Shown here: one piece after another, positions 1 through 14,464 of the stretch
Numbering within the stretch: the first letter of the stretch is position 1
Layout of the letters: every line of letters starts with the position of its first letter
Assembly: GCF_006345805.1 (NCBI RefSeq)
Contig: NC_043009.1
Location: 39,122,001 to 39,186,000 of the forward strand
Length of the DNA: 64,000 nt
Reading direction: 5' to 3'
Source of the DNA: Octopus sinensis
Lineage: Eukaryota
Position numbers and translations under genes: made by a program
Notes under the pieces: generated by a model
Databases searched by the model: none
Told to the model about the DNA's origin: nothing
The model's input: only the letters and a program-made list of their open reading frames with translations

Positions 1-3000
1 GACTGGCAACTACATGTCAAATGTACATTAGTACTTGTTGGGATGGATCGATGATGATCAATATTCTATGATGTACATTCCATGTAAAGCTCAACTAAGC
101 AAGATTGGACTCGAATTCAATAACTTAAACAAATCAATTGAATAGAACTGAAACATAACAAAGCTTAACCGTCACTCACAAGCAATTGCGACCTGGCAGC
201 TTGTACCACATTAACGCTTATTAGTGGCAACCAAAGTGTGATCCAATCAAAGAGACATACAGAAGTTTTCAGGGCAGTCACTTTGATGAACTTACAATAT
301 GAAAGGCTTCGTACAGGCCGGTATGTGTGAGGCCATCATGTTGACTCTGTGGGCAGCAGTGGTTGACTCAAAATGGCTGTGGATCAAGAGATGTGAATTT
401 TGGGTGGATAATGCTAGCTAGAATATTGCAAAGTGGAAACAAGCAAGGGCTTGATCAGCCTGGGCTGGATCACCTATGTGTGTGTGAAGTGGTGGGGGTG
501 ATGTCGAAAGATCTGAAACATCTCGTAACCCCAGGAAACTTCAATAATGATGTGTTCAGGTGCACCGCAGGTGGAAAACATGCCGGTACCAGCATTAAGC
601 CCGTACCAATTTTTCAATTGAGTAGAATGAAGCATCGTGAATCGAACTTGTAACTTTGATTGTGAGATACACAGCTGCGGCTACTAGGCTATGCGTTCTC
701 TCATAAGAAAATCAATAAATTTTAAAATATTGTTGCAAATATCAACATGAAAATGATATGAACACCAACATGAAAAAACATAAGCTGCAGCCCATATTTC
801 TGTCTAATTTTGTTATTTATATCCTAGTTCAAAATGAAAGACGAGTAGCCCTCACATTTTACAGGACCGTAATGACTGGCGGGAGTAAAAGTGAGAGTTA
901 CTGACTACCTAAGACTTGGTCCTAATCTTTGCAACAGAGAGCGCTTTGCGGAAGGACAGTAAAAGCCAGATACCGTAGTTATGTCGGGCGATGGAACAGA
1001 TTACCACCCGGGAAAAGTTACAGTTCATTTAGCAGAGGTTTCAAAATATTTTCCTCGGCAAAATTTAACTTAGAAGGTTTGAGTCGATTCCAGGATAGGT
1101 TAGAAGATTCCTGTCCAAGTGGCATGGCAGTAGTATCGAACCTACAATTAGGCGATTGCGAAGTGAAGTAATTAAACACATGGCCGTGCCTGCTAATTGC
1201 TAATTGTTAATCGTTTAATGCAGCATATAATGTTGAATCATTGTTATAAGTTAAGGTTTAATGCCGTTTCCAACCGTTCCCTTTCAAACTAATGTATCCA
1301 TACTCCTTATACAAATAACATGACCCTACACTCCCTGCCTGCAGACGCAGACTGCGTCAATACACATTATTGACAGAAAGACATTTCCTTTATCGAGTTG
1401 TTCGTCAACATCTGAGACTCATTCAACCACACCTAAAAGTAGTCACTGCACGAGTCAAGAAAACAAAACCACGATACTGTATCCACCTCTCTCTCGGCAC
1501 CTAATCAGCTGTCAAAACATTCCTTAACAATTGTACAACATTATCGTACTATGTTGTGCTGAATATACATTTCGTACATAGTCATTGCTATCTATATTTA
1601 AATACACCTGAACAAAATTGCTCACATCTAGAATAGTAGACGCTATGACATGAATGCATTGAAAAATCTATTTAAATTACAACCAGATTGACAATGGTTC
1701 TCACCAATCAACACATTGTATCTCAATCGTCTTGTTCTCTCCATGCCTTTTCTACCCGCTGTTAAATGTTTGCAATCATTTTTTTTTTTTGTATTTCACT
1801 GTAACTTGCGTGGCTATCCTAAACTAACTAAATTCTCTACTTTATATATTTTTTCGCCAGTGTTTTCCGACTGACAATTTCGATTCTCTACATAATAAAT
1901 TGTTACTCCAGAACTAGTTTCAAGAAATCTGTTCCTGCGGTTGTGTAATTAAAAGAGTTCAAGTCGTTGGCTTTGTGCTAAATTTTTATCTCAATCTTGG
2001 GTTATTTCTGTCATGTTTCAAACGAGAATTCTCAATCCACAGATCTATCATGCTAAATATATCATGCTCCTCTCAGTGAAGGTTCATAGCATCTTATTCG
2101 GCATACAGCTTTTTGGTATGAGATTCCTGAGTTACTATTTGTCCTATTTACTTGCGTGTGCTAGTCGCTTAGTCACCCTTAATCTCCCAGACCTATCATC
2201 TTAGGGATTCCAGACGTGGACATCTCGTATTTTGTATCTAGGCCATCACTGACTTTTTTAAAGCAATTGAGTGTTGTTTGAGAGATATTTGGCTGTTGTT
2301 TCCAGCAGGTTAAGCCACCACGTAAAAAATAATTATTCGTCAGCTATAGAGACTTCCTTGTCAGATCATTAAATATATGTAGATTCTACACGAGAGAAGT
2401 AGACATGAGTCTACGACCCTAGTCATAACCTTTCTAATGATTGTGCACATATAAGGGAGGTGGCACGTATCTGATGTTGGAAGCTGAATATAAATAAATG
2501 TGAATTAAGGAGATCAAGAACTAATATTTCTAAGAATTCTGGCTTTGTGCCAAAATTTGAAACCGATATTTCTAGGAAATTTTAAGAGTGAACCTAGGAA
2601 GCTAATGGGACATTGTTATCATAAAAACTAAAGTTGAGATGTTTTGGTTGTGTCAATTTTCTAAATTCTGCATGTCTGGTTGTGGTGGTGCGAGTAAATG
2701 AATTTAAGTATATCAGTAGGATTTTGCCACACCCCACCGCTTTTTAGTTTTGAAATTTCCCCTTGCCTTAATTGCTATTGTATCCAAAAATAACTTACTG
2801 ATTCTTTGATGTGGCTGTTTTAGATGTAGATAAATTTAGTTTTGATTGTATTGCAACTCCTCTAGTATTATTTACATTAGCTTTTTTAACACAAGATATG
2901 CTGTATGCGTCACAGCGTCAATGACTTCTCCATTCTGGTGTTTCGGAGAAGGAAACATTAAGCTGACGATCTACGTGGAATATGCATAGCTTGCGTTTCC

Positions 3001-3544
3001 TGTCATTACCATCGTTCTGTGCTCTTTTGCTGATTTTCAGAGATAGCGGGATAAGAGAATTGCTGCCGGAGGGTGGGCGTTTTCTTTGAAGCCTTAATTG
3101 TAACAGATATGGCTTGGTCTTTCTATAGTGTCTTACCACTTTTTACTCCTTGTGGCTTGTGTTGGATACATCAGCTTCCAAGGTTTTTGTTTTCCCTTTC
3201 ATTTACGTTCTTAATTTCTTCAGTTGTTCGTTGCTACTTGTTTTCTCTGTTGAATGTCATGCTACAGCGTAGTATTTAAGGTAGTCCCTTATATTTTTTT
3301 AAGTTGATAATTCTATTATGGACTGTATTATCATTTTATGTTGCCTTTTGGGATATGTTTCATAAGGGACTTTACAATAATATTTGTATTGCAATATATT
3401 TGAGATTGTGATGTTTTATATTCTACAAATTGTAACTATAAGTCTTGCTATATCTCCAAACGAACTGTTTGTTTTCGTCAAATGAGAAGGTTTTTTTTTG
3501 TTCTGTAACGATGCAGAAAATTCATAAATAAATATCTTTATCTT

Positions 3545-3763
3545 TTATTTTTGAGTAGTTTCAGTCATTTGACTGCTGCCGTGCTGGGGCACCGATCTGA
3601 AGTGTTTAGTCTAAAAAATTGACCCGGCAACTTTTTTTAAAGCCTAGTACTTATGCTATCATTTGGGGGGGGGGGTCGAAACGCTAGATTACGGAGACGT
3701 AAACACACCAACGCAGGTTGTCGAGCGATTGTTGGGGACAAACACAAGCACAAACACAGTGAC

Positions 3764-3800
<37 letters not shown>

Positions 3801-3941
3801 GACAGTATTAATAAAATAGGAGCTGGAATATGTAATAGACATATTTCGACCCATTCTGGGTCTTTTCGGGCACAACAATAAAAAGTCTCACCCAGATTTC
3901 TTGAGTCGGTTTACTCATCATCTATTTATTACTTATACTAT

Positions 3942-4021
<80 letters not shown>

Positions 4022-4323
4022 TATATTTTTTTTCTCTACGACCAGACGATCAGATGTTGCTACACATCGCTGGTCACAATGCGTTTGCATTGTTTTAGCC
4101 TTCGAACGACGCCACCCCGCTGGCTAAGCGAGCAGGCCAACAGAAAAAAAGTGGGAGAAAGAGTGGTGAAAGAGTACAGTAGGGATCACCACCCCCAGCC
4201 GGAGCCTCGTGGAGTTTTTAGGTGTTTTCGCTCAATAAACACACACAACGCCCGGTCTGGGAATCGAAACCGCGATCCTCCGACCGCGAGTCCGCTGCCC
4301 AAACCACTGGGCCATTGCGCCTC

Positions 4324-4361
<38 letters not shown>

Positions 4362-4490
4362 CAACGGGATTCTTCCAGTTTCCGTCTACCAAATTCACTC
4401 ATACGGTTTTAGTCGGCTCGGGGCAACAATAGAAGACAGTTGCCCAATGTGTTACGAAGTGAGACTGAACCTAGAACAATATGGTTGGGA
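3545..4490 (-). mobile_element. SINE family C copy, split; 3' half ~3545-3780 and 5' half ~4361-4490, interrupted in its internal (CA)n/(TA)n tract
   Basis: Both halves match the intact family C copies at 34400-34894 and 35695-36058 (e.g. 'cagtcatttgactg', 'agcctagtacttat', 'cagtttccgtctaccaaat'). Confidence 0.6.
4041..4326 (-). mobile_element. tRNA-derived SINE family B
   Basis: Minus strand starts GTGGAGGCGCAATGGCCCAGTGG (A box) ... GGTTTCGATTCCC (B box). Near-identical copy at ~20005-20228; related copies at 21437-21815 and 26890-27180. Confidence 0.85.
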
Positions 4491-4927
4491 AACAATATAT
4501 TTTTATTGCGACCGAGTTCTTCTTGTATATAAATGCAAGCAGCATGACATTATATCTGAGGATGAGTAATTGTAGTTATTTTCGTACATGCAGGCGTTTT
4601 TCCTGTATGTATCTAAGACTTAGTGAGTATTTAGTTGAAATGTTGCTACGTCTCTTCTAGCGTTTTTATATTTAGATGTTTTACTGTAAGTTTTAATGTC
4701 TTCTCCAATATTCAAATTCCATTTAGGTCAACTGTGCCCTTCATCCTTTTGAGATCGATGAAATAATTACCATTTATGCACTGGGGTCGATGTGATCGAC
4801 TAGCTCCCTTCCCCAAAATTTCAGACCTTTTGTGTATAGCAGAAAGTAATACAATATTAGAGAGTGTGTTATAGTGCACCTAAGGTCTAAATATAATCGA
4901 ATTAGTGAGGAAGTTGATGATGCTATA

Positions 4928-5716
4928 CGAGGGGGTACCCAAAGGAAACCAGAATTTTGTAATATTATTTTAATGACTTAGATTTACATATTTACACTTT
5001 CATCTCCTTCAAAGTATTCTACATTTGAAGCAGTGCATCAGTTCAGGCCCATTTTCCACAATTCGATTCTCTGCTGGAACTCTTGCGAAGTGAAACCCTT
5101 TAACCGTCGTTTTTTCTTTACCATTTCCATATCTGCAAATTCTTTAGCACCAGCTTTCGTCATCAGTGATGACCTTCGAAAAAGGGTCCAGATGAACTTC
5201 CAACTGTTCTTTCAGTTCATGACACGCATTCACTCGTAACTGCTTGGACACATCAGCCATATCAACAAGTTCGTCAATTGATCAGCGACGGTCCGTCAAA
5301 ATCAGTTCATGAATTTTCATGATGTTTTCATTCATTCGGGAGGTCACCGGCCGCCCTGAACAAGTTTGGTTCTCAAGCGACAAGTGGTCATTCCTAAAGC
5401 GTGTAAACCAATCGTAAACTTGTTTTGCTCATGGCAGCGGTCTTGCAAGCTGTTCGAAGCATGACAACTGTTTCGGTCGCCGTTTTCCCCCGGCAGAAAG
5501 CAGAATTTCACGGAAGCACATTGTTCTTTCGTTTCAGCTATCGCAAAAATCAACGAAGTAAAGATGCACCACGTGACAGTAGGACTACACTTGATGACGC
5601 TGGTTGGCATAGTGATGGCTGAGGGTCACATCAAGTTACCTCTATCGGCAGAAGTCTGAGCTACGACGGACTTGTCTTACAGAGAACATTTCCGGTTTCT
5701 TTTGAGTATTCCATCA
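4928..5716 (-). mobile_element. Internally deleted Tc1/mariner element (transposase pseudogene)
   Basis: Imperfect ~28-bp TIRs (cgagggggtacccaaaggaaaccagaat / rc tgatggaatactcaaaagaaaccggaaat) flanked by TA. Minus-strand frames give EQCASVKFCFL (N-terminus), SGRPVTS, DRR*SIDEL (HTH), KVITDDESW (first catalytic Asp motif) and CTASNVEYFEGD (mariner C-terminus). The WVPxxL region and most of the catalytic core are missing. Confidence 0.88.
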
Positions 5717-7028
5717 TATATTTGATTAGTGTATTACTGCCTCGGGAGTAAATGTTTTTTAAGGCTTTGAACGTTGCTATGAATATCCGCCTTTTGTGAC
5801 ATGTGTGTACCTGATGGTAAGCGTCATAGTCGCATTAGGTGAAATTTTGATCTAGCGGATGTTGTGTTTGTGTTACTGTAGTTTTACTTTTTATTATAGT
5901 GTTGTGAATATCCAGAGTGATTAAAACGTTAAAGCGTTTAAGTTGATCATAAAGTTTTACATATCTTTTATAAAAGCTGTGCGTAATTTGTCTTCACTTC
6001 AGGCAAACGAATATCAACCAATGTTTTTCATTTATGATCATCGTGCTTATAATTATCATCAAATAATACGTTAAAAATTGGGAGTTTAGGAATACATTTA
6101 AAGCAACATCTACGGAGGATCCCCTGACTATGTTGTGTGTTTTAACTAAGAGACGGCATGGCATATTGAATGTGTCGTCTCAAAGATGGGACACGGTTCG
6201 AACAAATGAATAATGAATACACAATACTGTAACTCATCCATTCGATAGTTAGCATCCAATATTTGACTACAAGAAGTATTTTGTGTTTAGAAATGTCAAT
6301 TCCACTGAGGTCAACCTTGTCTTTAATCGTTTCGAAGTTCAAAAAATTTCGGTCAACGTTGCCTTTCATCCTTTCAGGTTCGATATAATAACGTAGCAAC
6401 CGAATGCTGGGGTGGATTGGGAGGGGTCGATGGTATCAACCCATCTCCTGACTATAAAAAATTGCTGACCTTCTGTCTAAATTTAAAATATTTTAAAATC
6501 CCCACTAGCGCTGTCTAAATAATTTCTAGTAATGCAAAATTAATGCTGTTACAAATATTTCGATGCATGGAGTTTTTATGTAAAATTCAAGCAGAAAGTA
6601 GCATTTATTAAATAGAAAATGAAATTAGCTTGCAGATAGAAAACCGTCAATTCATATTCATCCGTTATTAGACTTTTCTGAGGAGTCAGCTCTGTAAATG
6701 AGAAGAACTGGCTAAAATCCATCTGCCATTAATGAGTATTATGTGACTTGGCATTGCATCAGAGCTGTTGCATTTAAGAATTAGAACATTCATTTTTATT
6801 AGCATTTTTTAATGTTCTTAATGTATTTTCGAGAATGATGGAGGAGTAACATTTTTGTTTGAAATGTTTTATGTTAATAGGAATGCAAATGTTTAATTTA
6901 CTGTTACTTATCCAATGCAGATTCACAAGCAAGGCAATATTTCAGGATTTTGCGTTCATGAGCAGTGAAGTATTCAATGCCTTCATTGATGCAAATAGAA
7001 GCATCCTTTCTGCTGTGGTATGAACATA

Positions 7029-7030
7029 CA

Positions 7031-7102
<72 letters not shown>

Positions 7103-7103
7103 A

Positions 7104-7153
<50 letters not shown>

Positions 7154-7250
7154 GTCTATCTATATATCTATCCATCTATTTATCTATTCATCGATCGATC
7201 AATCTATCTATCTATTTACACATACATTCATACATACATACATACATAGA
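7029..7250. repeat. (TCTA)n then (TACA)n microsatellite
   Basis: Directly visible tandem tetranucleotides; source of the IYLS-repeat ORFs. Confidence 0.95.
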
Positions 7251-7268
7251 TATGTGTGTATTTGTGCG

Positions 7269-7300
<32 letters not shown>

Positions 7301-7444
7301 CATATTTGAAATCAGAACGTAGCGGCAGATGAAATACCGCTCAGCATTTCCCCCGTTTCTGCCAGCTCGCCGCCTTCATACATACATATTCATATACATG
7401 TATATGTATGTAAATATCTATATATGTGTACATATGTATAGACA

Positions 7445-7499
<55 letters not shown>

Positions 7500-8319
7500 G
7501 TATACAGGCATACAATATAGCATCAACTAGGTGTACTACTGTACACACAAAAACGGACTGTATTAATATGTTATATCAGCAAATCTAAAGTAAAATGCTT
7601 CCTTGCTTCATACTATTCTGCTAGAGGGCAGCACTTGTAGAACAAGGATCGGCAGAATACCTATCTAATTAATGTTATCAACAAGGTATGTTGGGGCCAT
7701 TGAATATGCAACGCTGTTGAACGATCCTAATTTATTTATATTGAAATTTACAATGTACATTGAAAATCGCTTAATAAACGTTGCAAAGTTGTAGGAATTT
7801 CATCGACATGATGAGTCATCTTTCATTGTAGCACTTAAACATCCACGGAAAGTTAACATGAAAAGAATGATTTTACAAAATTGGAATTGAATTTTTAAAA
7901 TAACTTAATTATCAACTGAATTATACATCGAATATGTTCCAACATGTCGAAGCACCGGTGGTGAAAGCCCTTTAATCCCGCGAATTGAATGTGTTATAAA
8001 GACAGACGTCATGAAGGGGAAGCCGTTCTTCTGTGATCGACGCAGTAGAGATTAGCATATTTGCGTTCGAATCTGCCCAAACGTATTAAGAATAAATATG
8101 TAAGTCATCGTGATTATTTGCAGTTCCTTTTAAAGTTAAAAATCTAACAGACAATTACAGTGAATTATTAACCATAATTAAAACTGGAGCAAAGCACAAT
8201 TGAGAAAGGACAATTACCATTGGTCAACGAAGAAATCCGTATGTTTGTGCACTACTTGCTGAAAATAGTAATCGTGACTCTCCAGTTATTTCAACTATGA
8301 TCTTAAAATAATAATCGTG

Positions 8320-9070
8320 AGTGCTAAAGGCACAGGACCGGAAATGTGTACGTGTGTAGTATGGTCGGGGCTAGTCGATTAGGTCGACTCCAGTGTTCAA
8401 CTGGTACGTGTTTCATCATTTGAGGAAAGACAAAAGGTAAAGTCGACTTCTTCGAAATTTGAACTCAGAAAGGAAATCCGGAAGAAATGCTGCCAGACAT
8501 ATTGTTCTGGCAAAAGAGTATTTTGTCCGACGCGCAAACAATTTTGTCAATTCACCAATAATAAAAATAAGAAAGAACGCATTAGATGATCTAGTTCTAA
8601 ACACCGCAATATTTTGGTAACTATTTTGCCAGCTTGCCGCCTGCCAATAACGGTTTCAAATATTGGTCTAGGGTCAACTATTTTAAAGAGGAGATAAGCT
8701 GATTTCATAATCACCAATGCTCAAGCTGATACTTATTTTATTGACACAAAAATATGAAAGGCAAAGTCATCTCGGTGGCCCTTGAACTCAAAGCGTAAAG
8801 CCGGAAGATATGCTATTAAACATTTTGTCCCATGCTATAACGAATCTGCTCGCTTGCCGCCTTAATAATACCAATAAGTGTTGGTTCGAGTTTTGGCACA
8901 AGGGCAGAGATTCTGGGAGCAGCTTGTAGTCTGATTCATTCGACCACAATGCCCATTAGGTACTTAGTTGTTCGATGAAACACGAAGTCGACCGCGACGA
9001 GAATTGAGCTTACAACATAAAAAAGAGTATTTTGTCCGACGCGCAAACAATTTTGTCAATTCACCAATAA
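8320..9070 (-). mobile_element. Three degenerate tandem SINE family A copies
   Basis: Three recurrences of the tail-core-head order (ggcaca..gg / gtcgatt..tactt..tt.atcgac / aaggcaaagtc..ttgaactca / ccagct.gccgcc) at about 8320-8560, 8620-8860 and 8880-9070. Confidence 0.7.
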
Positions 9071-10135
9071 TAAAAATAAGAAAGAACGCATTAGATGATC
9101 TAGTTCTAAACACCGCAATACAGACGGAATAGTAACGCTACTGCAGTAGTTTTGATCATGAGTCTGAACAAGTACAACAACAGCGGCTGCAACAAAAATA
9201 ACGACGAGAAAATAACAACAACGCGAACAACAACAACAAATGATTGACATAGGCGGAAAAATAAGAGACACCGGAAATATCTTTATGCTTTTCAAAATAT
9301 ATATGAGTAATAATTACGATAAATATCTACTCCAATATATGCAAGTAGAGTGTTATCTGATTGATGCTATCTCTCGCACAACTTTCAAACAGATGTGTTT
9401 CTCTTACAGAAAGTTACACAAGAGCTATTTAATGCAAAAATATAAAATAAAGAAAGAAAACAAAGGAGGAGGAAAAAATGAAAGCTAACAAACAAAATAT
9501 AGACTCTGCAGCTCTTTCAATTTGATTATCGATTCGTATTTACATCTTTAGTCATTTGCGCAGTTAGCTATGTAACTAAATTTTACGCAAAGTTTGTGTC
9601 CGTTAAAAGAGAACCACACGACTGATTTGATCACAGAATTCGATAGTTTCTTACTTGAGCCGAGCAGGAAGACATGCGGGTTTTTCAAGTACGGACATGC
9701 ATCAGAACGTTCGTACACACACACATACACACACACACACACCACACACACACACACACACCAACGTACAAGCCCATACAGGATACACATATTCATACAC
9801 ATCTATGGACCACGCATAACCACTCACTCACATCCACAAAGACTCACACACATAAAAACATATACAGATATGCACGCAGAGATATATTTGAGATATACAT
9901 GTGTGTGTGTGTATGTATGTATGTATGTATGTATGTATGTGTGTATGTGTGTGTATGTGTATATATATATAATCATATATATATATGTATATGTATATAT
10001 ATGCATATCTTAAATATATCTATACCAGCGTGCACATCGTGTTCATACACACACATATGTATGAATGCATACATATAATACACTACCGCACACACTCACA
10101 CATATATATTACATATATGACTGTGTATATATGCT

Positions 10136-10198
<63 letters not shown>

Positions 10199-11131
10199 TT
10201 ATATTAGTGTGTGTTTATATATGTATGTATGCTCTCCGAGCGTACGCGTGTGCATGTGTGTGTGTGAGCAGAAATAAATAGCGCTGTTTGAAGCCTGAAT
10301 TATTACATAGGTGCCTTGCACTTCCATAGTTGTTGCATGAGAATCACCTAAATAAATATGGTACATTACTTAAATGCAATCATACAATCGCATATCCATG
10401 TTCTAATTGTTTCCACTGTTTATGTAAGTTAGCTTCCAGTCTCAGTGCATGGCTTTAAGCTGTATTCTCTCTGGGCTTTGTAACAACATATGTATGTATA
10501 ATAGATCAAAGAACGTATATTATCTTGTCTATATAATAATAATACATAAACTGGCAGATTCGTTACAGCATCAGAGGAAATTGCCATCAGTATTTGTTCC
10601 ATAGTTTTACAGATTGAGTTCAAATTTCACCCGAAGTTGTCTTTGCTTTTTATCCTTTCGAGATCATTAAAAAAAGTGGTACAAATCCAGGGTTTGGGAC
10701 TGGTTGAGCAATAAAAATATCAGATGAGAGACCTTATGGTATTCGTTCGAATACTTTAGGACCTGAGTTCAATTCACGGCATATACCACTGAAGTATTAG
10801 AATTAAACCAATACTTATTTTAAGGACGCCACACGTCGTGGACTCGAGCATGTTGCAATTATTTGAGATGAGTCTCTCGTTTGAAGCAAAATTCCTACCT
10901 TCCTGTCTGCTACCAGTCGCGAAGATCCTACAAAGGATCATGATCGAATTACTTCCTACATGGTTCTATCGACAAAAAAGAGATTACCATTTCAGAGAAA
11001 AATCGCATCTTTGTATAGTTCGTTCCGGTATATTTCTGCATAACACTAATAGCATATCCATAAAATACCAAGGTAATGTATATCAACCGAAAATACTTAT
11101 CAACTGTGTTGTAAAGATATTCCGTATATAC

Positions 11132-11178
<47 letters not shown>

Positions 11179-11201
11179 TATATATATATATAAAGTATGC
11201 T

Positions 11202-11239
<38 letters not shown>

Positions 11240-11899
11240 TATATAACAGTATGCTTTTATATGTGTATATATATACAATCTCGACTTAAAACGTGGATTC
11301 ACTGAGAACACATGAAACCATTTGTCCATAGTTACATGTCTGGTATCTGGCTACTAATCTTACTATTCAATGATTTATCGACAACTAATCAAAATCTATA
11401 ATACATAAACTTGAAGCTTAACAAACTACACTATACTATAATGTGTTTTACATTAAAACCTTATGATCTTTATGACAAAGTCAACTTTTATTTCAATCAT
11501 AATTTTAAAAACGTACTCGAGATACATCTTTGATGATAAGTATCAATGAAACAACACTGTTTTGTTTACTTTGTTAGCCATTAACTTTGTAACTGTAATC
11601 GCAATATCTATCTATCTATCCAGATAGATATTAAATATGGCGGGGCACATAATTTTTCCTTATATCGTTGATTTTTATGGCTTTGTCTGTCTATTATGTA
11701 AATACATCATGTTTCAAAATAGAAAAAAAAAAGGTTTGTAAAAGTATATAGGTATATAAATATATGAATGTGATTGAGTGTCTGTATGGTTCTTTGTGTG
11801 TATGTGTGTGTGAGTATGTTTGTTTGTATAGTTATAACAACGCAAACTAAGAGAGCATGTCTGTATCAATATTCATATAAAGACAGGCAAGCAAGCAAA

Positions 11900-12299
11900 C
11901 ACACACAAACACACACACACACATACACACACAGAGACTCACACACACACATATTTATATATATGTGTTTGAGTGAGTGCGGTAGGATATACAGTATGCC
12001 TATATATATGTACATCTGTGCGTGTGTAAATATACATATATATGTGTACTTATGTATACATACATATATACATACATATTATATATATATTATATATATA
12101 TATATATATGTATATATACGTATATATATATATATATACACACGCACAGATGTACATATATGCGTGTATATATGCATGTGTATGTTTATATGTGCATGTA
12201 TGTGTAAATATATATATGTATGTACAGATAATATGTGTATTGATGCGCGCGCATGCATATATGCACGCACACACATATGTAGATATACGTATAGTATAG

Positions 12300-12346
<47 letters not shown>

Positions 12347-12391
12347 CATATATATTATATATACTATATACTTATATTATATTATATATAT

Positions 12392-12451
<60 letters not shown>

Positions 12452-12922
12452 TTCTGTGTCTGTGTGTGTATTCATTTACAAATCAAATTCTTTCACTTTC
12501 AACGAGAGGTAATTAGATATCAGTTTAGTGAAGGCAGACATTATTTCTATAAATGAATAGACACAGAAATTGTTTTCTCTTTATTTGCAGCGTACTAATC
12601 TTGGTATCTTTCGAATTGTTATAACAGAATTGAATAAAAGAACGCCGGCAACAACAATAGCAACAACAAAATGTATGTGGGTTGGGTGCTGGGTGGGGTG
12701 GGGGTCGGGGTGAGTTCAGAACACAGCCAACAGTAGAAGCATCCGCAGCAATATTTGTCATGATCAAGTTGAAAAGTAAACAAGAACAAAAAAAAAATAG
12801 TCGAAATCAAAGTAATATATTAATATATATATATATATTATATATATATTATATATAATATATATATATATATGTATGTATATACATACACAGACGTGTG
12901 TGTGTGTGTGTGCCTCTGATTG

Positions 12923-12958
<36 letters not shown>

Positions 12959-13142
12959 ATATATATATATATATCTTATATATATATTATACATACACAT
13001 ATCTATGTGTACATTTATTAAATATCTATATTTATATGCTACATATATACATACATATAGATATATATATATATATGTGCGTGTATATATATATATATAT
13101 ACATATATACATATATATATAATATATATACATATACATATA

Positions 13143-13174
<32 letters not shown>

Positions 13175-13250
13175 CATTTATATATATATATACTATATAT
13201 AATATATATACATATATATATATTATATATATTATATATATATATGACTA
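11900..13250. repeat. Long compound (TA)n/(CA)n/(TG)n microsatellite blocks separated by a ~350-bp unique island
   Basis: Directly visible. Confidence 0.9.
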
Positions 13251-13998
13251 TTTATACACCACACACATATAATGTGTGTATATTTACGTATATGTATGTA
13301 TAAACGTATATGTTCGTATATGGAATAGAGAAAGTTTAATAAGCATAGATACATCTGTAAGAAAAGTGTGTTTGCTTTCATTATTGCTGAACAATATAAA
13401 GTATGAGCTGACCTGAGAAATGAGGAAAAGCATAGTAGCATTAATTTCGATTATATTCTTTCTGGAAGATTCCTTTTCTCCTTCCGGTTCTCTGTTATAC
13501 TTCGCAATTCTTTCGCTTGTTCTATCGTTCTTTCTTTCTCTCTCTCTTTTCTCGCTTTTCTCGCTTTCTCTCTTTCTGTTATATTTTTGTTTTGGTTTTT
13601 GCCTGTTCAAATCGAATTTATAGTTATTGTTTATGTATAATAAAAACTATATGAATGATATAAAAGGTATTATAACAAAAGAATCAACAACAGAAATGTA
13701 ACAGTAAAAAAAAAAAAAAATTAATTAAATAAATAAATAAACCAAAACAAAGAGTCCTGTTCATATTTTAATAATAATTTCATTTAATATAGAGCAGCAG
13801 CAGAATTTCGTCGCTACCAATGAATATTGACTTAAAGGCTAACTCTCATGAACCGCAAAAGATGTTATAAAAACAGTAAGTCTCTAAACTTGCTTCTCAT
13901 AAACGGTTAATTCCTGTAGAGCGGCGGCCGGCTCTTTCATGCATTTACAAGAAATTAAAACATCACAATAGATCTGAAGTAATCGTCGTCGTCTGTAA

Positions 13999-13999
13999 A

Positions 14000-14056
<57 letters not shown>

Positions 14057-14058
14057 AT

Positions 14059-14127
<69 letters not shown>
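13999..14127. repeat. (CTA)n/(CTG)n trinucleotide microsatellite
   Basis: Directly visible; explains the poly-Ser ORF 13955-14182. Confidence 0.95.
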
Positions 14128-14129
<2 letters not shown>

Positions 14130-14134
14130 TCTAA

Positions 14135-14383
14135 TTCAGGCCATGCAGTCCTGCAAAACGCGGGAGACGGGGTAAAAATCAATTACATCGACCTTCCCAG
14201 TGTTCAACTAGTTGTTTTTTGTTTCTTTTTTATCGATCCAGACGGAGTGAAAGGTAATGTCGATTCGATCGTCGCGTCAGGACTTGAACTCAAAACGCGA
14301 AGAACCGTAAGAAAGGACGAAACGTCGCTTAACATTTTGTCCTATTGTCCGAAGACGCTAGAGATTCTGTCACCTCGAAGCTT

Positions 14384-14414
<31 letters not shown>

Positions 14415-14415
14415 G

Positions 14416-14464
<49 letters not shown>

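Noticed and set aside
1344-1374. Two overlapping 7-bp inverted repeats (GACGCAG-A-CTGCGTC; GTCAATA-CACAT-TATTGAC)
   Set aside because: Short enough to occur by chance in 64 kb; no supporting context.
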